Of a DNA stretch of 64,000 bases, positions 36,431 through 45,553 are shown one piece after another. Every line of letters begins with the position of its first letter. Positions within the stretch are counted from its first letter, which is position 1. A model generated the notes under the pieces. That model was given only the letters and a program-made list of their open reading frames with translations, was not told the origin of the DNA and made no database searches. The stretch is from Candidatus Levybacteria bacterium RIFCSPHIGHO2_01_FULL_36_15b (lineage in GTDB: Bacteria; Patescibacteriota; Microgenomatia; Levybacterales; UBA12049), in contig MFNK01000009.1 in the NCBI GenBank assembly GCA_001782045.1, positions 7,516 through 71,515 of the forward strand, given 5' to 3'. The position numbers and the translations under genes are program-made.

Positions 36431-38175
36431 GTAACTTTAGCGTATATTCTTTTTTGTCCCCGGCCTAAATTCTCCTGCTTTATTATTGTAAAACTCTTTA
36501 TCTTGCCTGTAAAGTCGACATGAGGTCCGCCGCAGAACTCTTTAGAATAGTCTCCTATAAAATAAACTTTTACATCTCCTTCGTATTTTTCATCAAAAAG
36601 TCCCATTGCTTTGATTCCTTTAGCTTTTTCGATTGGAAGCATCTCAAAATGTACAGGTAGATTTTCTTTTATTTTGCTAGTTACAATTTCTTCAATCTTT
36701 TTTATTTCATCATCCGTTAAATTTCTATCAAAATTAAAATCAAATCTAACCCTTTCACTTGTAATATTGCTTCCCGTCTGGTGAAGATCTGTTCCAAACA
36801 TATCTCGAAGTGCCTGATGCAAAAGATGAGTTGCGGTATGCCCTTTAATTGTTAACTCAGAGTGGTCTGCAAGTCCTCCTTTAAACATTCCCGCTCCTGC
36901 GGTTTTGGATTTTTTACTATGCTCTTGCATTAAATCCGCAAACTTTTGTTCGTCAAAAATGTAACCAAGACTTTTTATTTGAGTCGGGGAAAGTCCGTGG
37001 GTTGAATACATTTTAAAAGCCTCATCAGCATTAATTTCTTTAGTTCCATTTTCCTCTGCTCCTCCAATTATTTTCTCTGCATCTTTGATAACTTTTTTGT
37101 AAGCTTGCTGTTCTTGTAAAATTACATTTTTAATCTCTTCAAAGTTTTGGCTCAAAGTTTTATCTGTTTTGGCACACTCTGCAACAATTGCACTTATTAT
37201 GTTTTCAACATCTGCTTGTCCCAGGTTATCAAAACTTCTTCGAAGTAATCTTCTTAAAATATATCCGCGTTCTTTATTAGATGGGAAAACGCCTGCATCA
37301 ATTAAATAAACAGCAGCTCGCAGGTGGTCAGCAATTATTCTTACTGCTTTTTGGTTCTTCACATAATCTAAATCTGCTTCTCTTTCTATTGCTTTTACAA
37401 TTGGGGAAAAAAGGGAAGTCTGGAAAATATCAGACTTTTGCTCAACTGCTGCCAGTAGCCTTTCCAGTCCTCCTCCAAAATCAACATTTTTATTTGGTAG
37501 TTCTTTAAAGCCTTTATCTGTTTTTTGATATTGCATAAAGACGCTGTTTGCAATTTCCAAAAACTTCCCGCATTCGCATTCTACAGGATTATCTTTGCAC
37601 TCCTTCTTGTGTTCTATGTCATCAAACCTAAAGTACACTTCTGTGTCAGGTCCGCCAATTTCGCCAACAGGCATATTTTTTGGAACTCCGCTTCTTGACC
37701 ACCAGTTTTTATCAACTCCTGCAAAAGATATTTTTTGCGCCGGTACTATTTTTTTCCACAATTCAAAAGACTCTGTATCTTTTTCAATTTCATCCTCACC
37801 ACCAAAAACTGTAATAAAAAGCTTATCCTCCGGTAAGCTCAACTCAACGGTTAAAAATTCCCAAAGCCAGGGAATTTCTTCTTTTTTAAAATAATCTCCC
37901 AAACTCCAATTACCAAGCATTCTAAAAAATGTCGTGTGGCGGTTGTCTCCGACTTCGTCTATATCAACAGCCCTAAAAGAATTTTGTACGTTTACTAATC
38001 TTTTGCCTTGAGGATGCGCTTCTCCTAAGAGATAAGGAATTAAAGGCTGCATACCGGACGATGTAAAAAGGGTAGTCGGGTCATCAATTGGAACAAGTGG
38101 AGAATTAATAATTTGCTTATGGTCTCTTTTTTCAAAAAATGAAATGTAAGTATCAATAAGAAGTCTTGCGTTCAT
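36427..38175 (-). CDS. alaS: alanine--tRNA ligase, short form (catalytic + editing domains, no C-Ala domain, 582 aa)
   Basis: Class II AlaRS motifs (TLFTSSGMQ, RHTTFFRMLGNWSLGDYFK), editing HxxxH (HTATHLLHQAL) and CGGPHV. Confidence 0.8.
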   Translation of the reverse strand: MNARLLIDTYISFFEKRDHKQIINSPLVPIDDPTTLFTSSGMQPLIPYLLGEAHPQGKRLVNVQNSFRAVDIDEVGDNRHTTFFRMLGNWSLGDYFKKEEIPWLWEFLTVELSLPEDKLFITVFGGEDEIEKDTESFELWKKIVPAQKISFAGVDKNWWSRSGVPKNMPVGEIGGPDTEVYFRFDDIEHKKECKDNPVECECGKFLEIANSVFMQYQKTDKGFKELPNKNVDFGGGLERLLAAVEQKSDIFQTSLFSPIVKAIEREADLDYVKNQKAVRIIADHLRAAVYLIDAGVFPSNKERGYILRRLLRRSFDNLGQADVENIISAIVAECAKTDKTLSQNFEEIKNVILQEQQAYKKVIKDAEKIIGGAEENGTKEINADEAFKMYSTHGLSPTQIKSLGYIFDEQKFADLMQEHSKKSKTAGAGMFKGGLADHSELTIKGHTATHLLHQALRDMFGTDLHQTGSNITSERVRFDFNFDRNLTDDEIKKIEEIVTSKIKENLPVHFEMLPIEKAKGIKAMGLFDEKYEGDVKVYFIGDYSKEFCGGPHVDFTGKIKSFTIIKQENLGRGQKRIYAKVT

Positions 38176-38200
38176 AGCTAAATTATATCAGAAGAAGAGG

Positions 38201-38587
38201 CTAAAAACCGAAGCTTTTGGCGAATTTATCGGCTTGCATTTCCTGGTGCGCAATCTCCTGCTTACCCTGTCGTACTAAGGTAGAATTTCTGTGACCTAAC
38301 ATTATATGGCCTATTTCATGTGCTATAGAGTATTGAATTTGCTTCTGCGTTTGTTCAAAAAGAGATTCACTCAAAAAAATTAGATGCATGTTTTTTAAGT
38401 CGTTTCCGGTAAAAGTAAAACCCCAAGCGTCTTCCATTGAAGTTACAAACCAGCAATTTGTGGTTACAAAACTTATTATTTCATCATTCATTGCGGCTAG
38501 GGTTTTGCAAACCCACTTTTTCATCACAGTAAGTCCTACAAGTTTTCCATCAAATGCTTGCATAATTTCATCTTCCTTATTTGTCAT
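38201..38587 (-). CDS. ImmA/IrrE-family (COG2856-like) zinc metallopeptidase, HEIGH motif
   Basis: SIAHEIGHIMLGH near the C-terminus. The ORF track extends to 38722 through an implausible N-terminal stretch. ATG at 38587 (MTNKED...) is preceded by a TATAAT. Confidence 0.5.
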   Translation of the reverse strand: MTNKEDEIMQAFDGKLVGLTVMKKWVCKTLAAMNDEIISFVTTNCWFVTSMEDAWGFTFTGNDLKNMHLIFLSESLFEQTQKQIQYSIAHEIGHIMLGHRNSTLVRQGKQEIAHQEMQADKFAKSFGF

Positions 38588-38832
38588 TTTAAAATTATAC
38601 ATCGTATTATAGACGTACGGGTTTATAATGTATTTATGAAGATAAATGCAGAATGGCATGGTAAAAATAAAATGCCAAAAAACCCTACTGTTGCACAAAG
38701 AATAAATTGGCACAGAAAACACTTAAAATATTGTGCATGCCGAACAGATGTTCCTGAGAGCCTAAAGAACTTCTTCTAGCCAGTGCAAGTTAACTCCCAC
38801 ATTTTTATTTTTTCTGGTACAATCTCAAACTA

Positions 38833-39117
38833 ATGACTGATATTTTAAAAGAGCCGTTTTCGAATATAGTCCGATGGGAGAATACAGAAGTAGTTACTGT
38901 TACAACTGAGCCTGATTGGGAGGATGACATTATTGAGAAAGGTCTTGATTTTATAAATAGATTTAAGCCTACCGATTTAGACTACGAACATGGACTTGCA
39001 ATCAAAGAAACGCCCGATGGAAAACTAAGTCAGCATGTGGTAATTTGGCATGCGAAATGGAGCCACGAAGACAAAACAAAACGACCTCCATTATTAGATA
39101 TTCCTTCTAGACAATAG
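38833..39117 (+). CDS. hypothetical protein
   Basis: 94 aa, no recognised domain. Confidence 0.4.
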   Translation: MTDILKEPFSNIVRWENTEVVTVTTEPDWEDDIIEKGLDFINRFKPTDLDYEHGLAIKETPDGKLSQHVVIWHAKWSHEDKTKRPPLLDIPSRQ

Positions 39118-39146
39118 AAATTAGTAAGTAGTGGTATAATTAATTC

Positions 39147-39542
39147 ATGAAATCCCTCAAACAAACCTACATTATTAACGCACCCGTAAAAGAAGTTTGG
39201 AAAGCCTTAACAGACCCAAAATATATAGAGGGCTGGGGAGCAGGAAAGTGCGTAATGGATGAAAAAGAAGGTACTAACTTTTCTTTGTGGGGGGAAAGTA
39301 TTTGGGGAAGGAATACAAAAGTAGTTTCCGGTAAATTACTTATTCAGGATTGGTATAGTGATGAAACTCCAAAATGGAAAAGCCCGTCTATTGTAACTTT
39401 TGAGCTGGTAGAAGAAAATGGAAATACCAAATTAGATTTAACGCAAGAAAATATTCCGGAAAAAGATTTCCAAAACATCTTTGATGGTTGGAAAGACTAC
39501 TATGTAGGTCCGCTTAAAGCTTTTGTCGAGTCGAAAAACTAG
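39147..39542 (+). CDS. SRPBCC-superfamily protein (AHSA1/polyketide-cyclase-like)
   Basis: 131 aa. N-terminal INAPVKEVWKALTDP typical of SRPBCC/START-like proteins. Confidence 0.6.
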   Translation: MKSLKQTYIINAPVKEVWKALTDPKYIEGWGAGKCVMDEKEGTNFSLWGESIWGRNTKVVSGKLLIQDWYSDETPKWKSPSIVTFELVEENGNTKLDLTQENIPEKDFQNIFDGWKDYYVGPLKAFVESKN

Positions 39543-39553
39543 CTTAAGTTTTT

Positions 39554-40006
39554 ATGAACATAATTAGTCCTGCGTTTTCAGAAGGAGAAGAAATTCCAAA
39601 AATTTATACTTGCGATGGAAATAATATAAATCCACCTCTTGAGTTTTCCGAAGTTCCGGAAAATGCAAAAAGCCTAGTTTTAATTATGGATGATCCAGAT
39701 GTGCCAAGAAACTTAAAACCAGATGGCATTTTTGATCACTGGGTTGTTTTTAATATTCCGCCTGAAATAACAAAAATAGATGAGAACTCAAAACCTTTGG
39801 GAATTGTAGGAAAAAATAGCGCAGGGCAGTCTGAATATACGGGACCTTGCCCGCCGGACAGGAAACACCGTTATTTCTTCAAACTTTATGCCCTAGACTC
39901 GTTACTAGAACTTGACGAGCGTGCGACTAAAAAAGAGGTAGAAATAGCAATAGAAAGTCACATAATTGATAAAGCAGAGTTGATGGGTGTTTATGAAAGA
40001 TCTTAG
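39554..40006 (+). CDS. YbhB/YbcL-family PEBP (Raf-kinase-inhibitor-like) protein
   Basis: PEBP motifs (DPDVP, HRYFFKLYALD). 150 aa. Confidence 0.75.
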   Translation: MNIISPAFSEGEEIPKIYTCDGNNINPPLEFSEVPENAKSLVLIMDDPDVPRNLKPDGIFDHWVVFNIPPEITKIDENSKPLGIVGKNSAGQSEYTGPCPPDRKHRYFFKLYALDSLLELDERATKKEVEIAIESHIIDKAELMGVYERS

Positions 40007-40137
40007 ATTTGACTTCTGGCTAAATTCTGCTACAATTACACGATCATGGAAAATATATTTTTAGCAGTTAGAAGACATACAACGCTCTCGGGCGGTATGT
40101 CTTTTAGTGTCTAAAACTATTTAGAAGCAACAAAAGC

Positions 40138-40161
40138 AGCCGCCCCAAGGGGCGGTTTTTT
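40138..40161 (+). terminator. rho-independent terminator (GC-rich hairpin CCGCCCC-AA-GGGGCGG followed by T6)
   Basis: Hairpin 40140-40155 followed by tttttt at 40156-40161. Preceded by a second hairpin AGACATAC...GTATGTCT at ~40066-40105. Confidence 0.55.
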
Positions 40162-40180
40162 AGTGGAAAAGAGGTGAATT

Positions 40181-40738
40181 ATGGAAAGAGAACAAACAGA
40201 AAATTTAAAATATAATTTTTCGGTAAAGATGGCCGGAGAAGCTGACTTAAAGTATGTTCCGGAAATTTCAGGGTGGACAAATAGTGCAGGAACTATGATA
40301 GCCCTTTCAGAAGAAAAACTTGCAGAGTTATTTCTAAACGATAATTCGGCAATTGTAACAAATTCTTTGGGTCAAATAGTTTCTCATGCTGCTATTACTT
40401 GCGAGTATCTCGATGATTTCCTTGAATTTGGAGGTTTGGTAACAGGTAAGGATTTTCAAAATCACGGTGCAGCGACATTGGTTACAAAATTTCTTTTATG
40501 TAAAAAATCTAAAGAAAATCCGGGTAAGACTATTTTTGCTCTTGCGAATAATATTAGCTCAAAAATTTTGATTAAGCTTAATGCTCCGGAAATGCTCACA
40601 ACCGAAGTTTGTGAACAAGCTTGGGATTTATGCAAGGAATGCCCTAAATACATGAAACCAAAATCGGGAGAAATTTTTGAATGCTGCGATACACCTTACA
40701 ACTTAACAGAAGTTTGCAAAGGAGGTGATAAGAAATGA
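40181..40738 (+). CDS. hypothetical Cys-rich protein
   Basis: 185 aa; strong SD aaaagaggtga; C-terminal Cys cluster CEQAWDLCKECPKY..FECCD..EVC. Confidence 0.45.
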   Translation: MEREQTENLKYNFSVKMAGEADLKYVPEISGWTNSAGTMIALSEEKLAELFLNDNSAIVTNSLGQIVSHAAITCEYLDDFLEFGGLVTGKDFQNHGAATLVTKFLLCKKSKENPGKTIFALANNISSKILIKLNAPEMLTTEVCEQAWDLCKECPKYMKPKSGEIFECCDTPYNLTEVCKGGDKK

Positions 40739-40905
40739 AAGAATTTTTTAAACCAGAACAAACAGAATTTTTATATCCGGAAATTGTTCCGGTTTATCAG
40801 CGTGCCTTTGCAGGAGAACCATGGTTTGAAGTAAGCAAATGCGCGGACGAGTCTGAAATTCAGAAATGTATAGGGGGATTTTCCAAATTATGTCTGGGCT
40901 TATAA
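40735..40905 (+). CDS. hypothetical 56-aa Cys-containing peptide, translationally coupled (ATGA overlap) to the upstream gene
   Basis: ATG 40735 overlaps stop 40736-40738. Strong SD aaaggaggtga 7 nt upstream. Not in the ORF track (<60 aa). Confidence 0.3.
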   Translation: MKEFFKPEQTEFLYPEIVPVYQRAFAGEPWFEVSKCADESEIQKCIGGFSKLCLGL

Positions 40906-41022
40906 ACGAGAGATGGGAGTTCCGGACAGGAGAGATTTTGTTTCTATAATGCCGTTATTGTACAATCGAAAAAACATAACTGAACAACGCGAAAAATCTA
41001 TATTTAATTTTTATTACAAGCA

Positions 41023-42012
41023 ATGGATAACGGAATAATTTTGTTAAAAAAACTTATTTCAATTCCTTCTGAAACGGGGAATGAGAAAGTCATTTGTAAT
41101 TTTGTTTATAGCCTGTTAAAAAAGGAGGGTTTTTTAGTGCAAAAAATTTCAGTTGGGAATAGGTTCAATGTAATTGCAAAAATTGGAAAACCTAAAGTTT
41201 TTCTACAAGCACATTTAGATACTGTACCACCATTTATAAAATTTAGCCAAGATGAAAAATTCATCTATGGCCGTGGAGCATGTGACACAAAAGGAAGCGC
41301 AGCGGCTATGATTACTGCTTCGCTTGAATTGGCAAAATCAGGAGTAAAAGATTTTGGATTAATATTTACGGTTGGGGAAGAAGTAGATTTTACAGGAGTC
41401 AAAAAACTTTCAAAATATAATTTCCCCTTTGTCATTGTTGGCGAGCCAACCTCACTTAAGGCAGTAAACGCGCATTTTGGAATTTTAGTATTTAAAATTA
41501 CCGCAAAAGGAAAAGCTGCGCACAGCAGCCTTCCGGAAAAAGGTATAAATGCAATACAGCTTCTTTTAGAAACTCTTAATAGGGTTAATAAAATAAAAAT
41601 TTTTCCGGAAAGTATACTTACTCTTGCAAAGATAGAAGGAGGAATCGCAGACAATATAATACCGGAAACAGCAAGCGCTCTTTATAGCATGAGGATTTCT
41701 CCCAACGACAAAAAAGATTATATAAAAGAATTTAAATCTGCTCTTTCTAAATATACAAAGGTTGAACAAATTCTAAATGTGTCATCCGTTAACAACAAAA
41801 TTCCAAGTGAGCTCTCATTTTTTAAGGTTGGAGAAATGTTAAAAGGCTCAACAGAACTTGCTTTCTTTAAAAACGGAGTTATTTTGGGCCCGGGCGATAT
41901 TAAATTTGCACACAGCCAAGATGAAAAAATTGAAAAGAAAGAGCTTAAGGAAGCAGTAAGAATTTATTCAAAGATCGTTGAAAATTTTATTGGAAGTAAT
42001 TTAGCCACTTGA
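41023..42012 (+). CDS. M20-family metallopeptidase (ArgE/DapE-like deacylase)
   Basis: N-terminal LISIPSETGNE, metal ligands (HLDTV, GACDTKG, GEE). Confidence 0.7.
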   Translation: MDNGIILLKKLISIPSETGNEKVICNFVYSLLKKEGFLVQKISVGNRFNVIAKIGKPKVFLQAHLDTVPPFIKFSQDEKFIYGRGACDTKGSAAAMITASLELAKSGVKDFGLIFTVGEEVDFTGVKKLSKYNFPFVIVGEPTSLKAVNAHFGILVFKITAKGKAAHSSLPEKGINAIQLLLETLNRVNKIKIFPESILTLAKIEGGIADNIIPETASALYSMRISPNDKKDYIKEFKSALSKYTKVEQILNVSSVNNKIPSELSFFKVGEMLKGSTELAFFKNGVILGPGDIKFAHSQDEKIEKKELKEAVRIYSKIVENFIGSNLAT

Positions 42013-42064
42013 CAGCATTGTGAATTATTGGTATAAAAAGAATACTCTATAGACATTAAATGGA

Positions 42065-42091
42065 AGAGGTGAAGACCTCTCCCGTTTTTTT
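42065..42091 (+). terminator. rho-independent terminator (AGAGGT-gaag-ACCTCT then T7)
   Basis: Hairpin 42065-42080, T-run 42085-42091, downstream of the M20 gene. Confidence 0.5.
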
Positions 42092-42127
42092 GGCGTTATT
42101 TGGGCAGGAAATTATAATTTTTACCTA

Positions 42128-45100
42128 ATGGCAAAAAAGGGCAGTAGCAAAAACAGTAAGGACGGCATTAGAATTGTGTGGGGCAAAGATTTTTCTTTAC
42201 TCCCCAATCTTGATTTACTTCAAATTCAAAAAAATTCATATCAGTGGTTTTTAGATGAGGGAATTAAGGAAATTCTAAACGAGATTTCTCCAATTGATGA
42301 CTTTACAGAAAAAAACTGGACACTTGAACTTAAAGACTATAGATTAGGAAAGGCTTCTACTACTCCCGAGAATGCACTTTTAAAAGGCATCACCTACGAC
42401 AGTCCCTTATATGTAGAAACCACCCTCACAAACAAAAAAACAGATGCAAAATATAACCAAGAAGTATTTTTAGGTGATATTCCTCTTATGACAGAAAGAG
42501 GCACCTTTATAATTAATGGAATTGAGCGGGCAGTAGTAAACCAGCTTGTTCGAAGCCCCGGTGTTTTCTTTACTGCAACACCAGATAACGTTACTGGAAA
42601 AACCCTTTATATGGCAGAAATAAGACCAGTTCACGGAAGCTGGCTAGAATTTACAACTACAAGACATGAAACAATAATGGTAAAAATTGACAGAAGAAGA
42701 AAGTTTTTATCGACAACATTTTTAAGAGCTCTGGGAATGTCTTCTAACGAGGCAATAAAAGAAAGATTTGTACAGACAGAGGCTGATAAAACCCAATTTA
42801 TAGAAAACACACTTCTTAAAGATGATACTGCAACGTCTGACGATGCAGTAATTGAGATTTTCAAAAAGATGCACCCCGGAGAACCGGTAGTCTTAGACAA
42901 AGTAAGGGAAAATTTCTTAGGCACATTCTTCAACAATAGAAGGTACGATTTGGGAGTAGTTGGAAGGTATAAGATTAACAAAAAACTCCAAAATATAGAA
43001 GGATTTACTCCACCCAGTATTGAGACCAAAATTTTGACAACAGAAGATATTATTGGAACACTGTCTTTTCTTATTAAACTAGCTCAGGGACAAGAAGGAA
43101 TAGATGATATTGATAATTTGGCAAATAGAAGAGTCAGATGCGTAGGAGAATTAGTAGCAACGACTGCATTTAGAATTGGTGCCTTAAGATTAGAGCGATC
43201 TGTTAAAGAGCGAATGAGCTTAATTCAGGCAGATCAGCCAATTTCAATTGGCGGACTTATTAATGCAAGACCAATCATGGCTTCTATTAATGAATTCTTC
43301 AGAACCTCGCAGCTTTCTACAATTTTGGATCAAACAAACCCACTTTCCGAAATTGACAACTTAAACCGCCTAACAGTTATGGGAACCGGCGGAATTTCAA
43401 GAGAAAGAGCAGCCTTTTCAATAAGAGACATAAATGCGTCCCAATACAGCAGAATTTGTCCTATCCGAAGCCCTGAAGGTCCAAACATTGGATTAGTAAC
43501 CTATCTTGCTTTATTCGCAAAAGTAAATAAGTACGGATTTTTAGAAGCTCCTTATAGAAAAGTAGTGCAGGAAAAAAGAGGCAAAGAAAAACTTGCTAAA
43601 GCAACAAATGAAATAGTTTATTTGTCAGCAGACGATGAGCGAAATCATTATATTACTCATGCGGGAATGCTTGATCAAAACGGGAAAATTATCGATGAAA
43701 GAGTTCCGGCAAGATTTAAGGGTGAATTTATAGAAACGGATAGAGAAAACATTGAATATGTAGACGTTGTTCCAAGACAAGTTGTAGGAAGCGCAGCTTC
43801 TCTTATTCCTTTTGTATCACATGATGAAGCGAATAGAGCCTTAATGGGTACACACATGCAGTGTCAGGCAGTGCCACTTCTTAAGCCGGAAAGCCCAATT
43901 GTTGGAACCGGAATGGAAAATTCAATTTCTCAGATGATGGGAAGGGTAATTTATGCCCCCTACGACGGAATTATAGAATACGCAGATTCCGACAAGGTGA
44001 CAATCAAAGGAAGAGGATCAAAAGAAGAAATAACATATTACATCAATTCTTTCAAGAGAACATCTAATGCAACTTCATATAGTCAAAAAACAGTTGTAAA
44101 AACAGGTCAGCGAGTTAAAAAAGGAGATATTTTAGTTGATGGGCCTTCTTCGCAAAATGGAGAACTAGCTCTTGGTCAAAACCTACTTATTGCATATATG
44201 TCTTTTGACGGACTTGGATATGAAGACGGAATAGTTATTTCAGACAGGCTTGTTAAAGAAGATACCTTGTCATCTATTCATATTGAAAAGCATGAAGCAG
44301 CAGTTGTTGAAACAAAACTTGGACCCGAAGAGACAACAAGAGATATCCCTAATGTTTCGGAAGAGGATTTGGCAAATTTAGATGAAGACGGAATAGTGGT
44401 AGTAGGCTCGGAAGTTGAACCGGGAGATATCTTGGTCGGAAAAATAGCTCCAAAAGGAGAAACAGAACTTTCTGCAGAAGAAAGACTGCTCCGGGCAATA
44501 TTTGGAGAACAAGCAAGAGAAGTTAGGGATACATCCCTTAGAATTCCCCATGGCGAACGAGGCACAGTAATAAGCGTTCAGATATTAGATAGAAAAAAGG
44601 GAGATGAACTGGAGCCCGGCTGTTTAAGAAAAATAATTGTTGAAGTAGCACAGCTTCGACACGTTGTAATAGGCGATAAACTTGCAGGTAGACACGGAAA
44701 TAAAGGAGTTATTTCAAAAATACTCCCTGAAGTTGATATGCCTCATTTGGCAGATGGTACTCCGGTTGATATTATAATTTCTCCAATTTCGGTACTTGCG
44801 CGTATGAATTTAGGACAACTTTTAGAAGCGCATCTTGGTTGGGCTGCAAAAGAGCTTGGACAAAAAATTGCAATTCCAGCATTCGAAGAAGTAAATGAAC
44901 AAAAAATTGTTGACGAGCTAAAAAAAGCAGGACTTCCGGTAACTGGCAAAGCAGTACTTTATGACGGTAGAACTGGAGAGCCTTATGAAAATCCGGCAGT
45001 TGTCGGAATTGAGTACATAATGAAGCTAATCCATATGGTAGAAGATAAAACTCACGCACGATCAACCGGACCATACTCTTTGGTTACGCAGCAGCCTTTA

Positions 45101-45553
45101 GGAGGAAAAGCTCAAATGGGAGGACAAAGGCTTGGAGAAATGGAAGTTTGGGCACTGGAAGCGCATCGCGCACGCTATACTCTGCAGGAAATGTTGACTA
45201 TAAAATCAGATGACGTCGTAGGAAGAGCAAAGGCGTTTGAGGCTATTGTTAAGGGAACAGATATACCTACTCCGAAGGTTCCAGAAAGCTTTAAGGTTTT
45301 AATTAAGGAATTAAACGCGCTGGGATTAAATGTTGTTCCAATGGGCGCAACGGTTTCGGATCATCCGATTGATGAACCAATTGCGACAACCGAAGAAGCA
45401 AAAAAAGCTGCAGCAGAAGAGGCAGTTGAAGAAGAAGCAAAAGAGCTAAAAGAAGAATTAGGGGGAGAAGATACTTTAGGAAAGGGAGAAGAGTCTTCCG
45501 CTCAGGGTATGGATGTAGCAGAAGCGGAAGGAGAAAGTAAGGCAAATGAATAA
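42128..45553 (+). CDS. rpoB: DNA-directed RNA polymerase subunit beta
   Basis: 1141 aa; conserved RpoB blocks; acidic C-terminal tail. Confidence 0.95.
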   Translation: MAKKGSSKNSKDGIRIVWGKDFSLLPNLDLLQIQKNSYQWFLDEGIKEILNEISPIDDFTEKNWTLELKDYRLGKASTTPENALLKGITYDSPLYVETTLTNKKTDAKYNQEVFLGDIPLMTERGTFIINGIERAVVNQLVRSPGVFFTATPDNVTGKTLYMAEIRPVHGSWLEFTTTRHETIMVKIDRRRKFLSTTFLRALGMSSNEAIKERFVQTEADKTQFIENTLLKDDTATSDDAVIEIFKKMHPGEPVVLDKVRENFLGTFFNNRRYDLGVVGRYKINKKLQNIEGFTPPSIETKILTTEDIIGTLSFLIKLAQGQEGIDDIDNLANRRVRCVGELVATTAFRIGALRLERSVKERMSLIQADQPISIGGLINARPIMASINEFFRTSQLSTILDQTNPLSEIDNLNRLTVMGTGGISRERAAFSIRDINASQYSRICPIRSPEGPNIGLVTYLALFAKVNKYGFLEAPYRKVVQEKRGKEKLAKATNEIVYLSADDERNHYITHAGMLDQNGKIIDERVPARFKGEFIETDRENIEYVDVVPRQVVGSAASLIPFVSHDEANRALMGTHMQCQAVPLLKPESPIVGTGMENSISQMMGRVIYAPYDGIIEYADSDKVTIKGRGSKEEITYYINSFKRTSNATSYSQKTVVKTGQRVKKGDILVDGPSSQNGELALGQNLLIAYMSFDGLGYEDGIVISDRLVKEDTLSSIHIEKHEAAVVETKLGPEETTRDIPNVSEEDLANLDEDGIVVVGSEVEPGDILVGKIAPKGETELSAEERLLRAIFGEQAREVRDTSLRIPHGERGTVISVQILDRKKGDELEPGCLRKIIVEVAQLRHVVIGDKLAGRHGNKGVISKILPEVDMPHLADGTPVDIIISPISVLARMNLGQLLEAHLGWAAKELGQKIAIPAFEEVNEQKIVDELKKAGLPVTGKAVLYDGRTGEPYENPAVVGIEYIMKLIHMVEDKTHARSTGPYSLVTQQPLGGKAQMGGQRLGEMEVWALEAHRARYTLQEMLTIKSDDVVGRAKAFEAIVKGTDIPTPKVPESFKVLIKELNALGLNVVPMGATVSDHPIDEPIATTEEAKKAAAEEAVEEEAKELKEELGGEDTLGKGEESSAQGMDVAEAEGESKANE

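Noticed and set aside
38588-38722. N-terminal 45 codons of the ImmA-like ORF
   Set aside because: Translation (MFSVPIYSLCNSRVFWHFIFTMPFCIYLH...) looks non-protein-like and spans a TATAAT box. The internal ATG at 38587 is the more plausible start.
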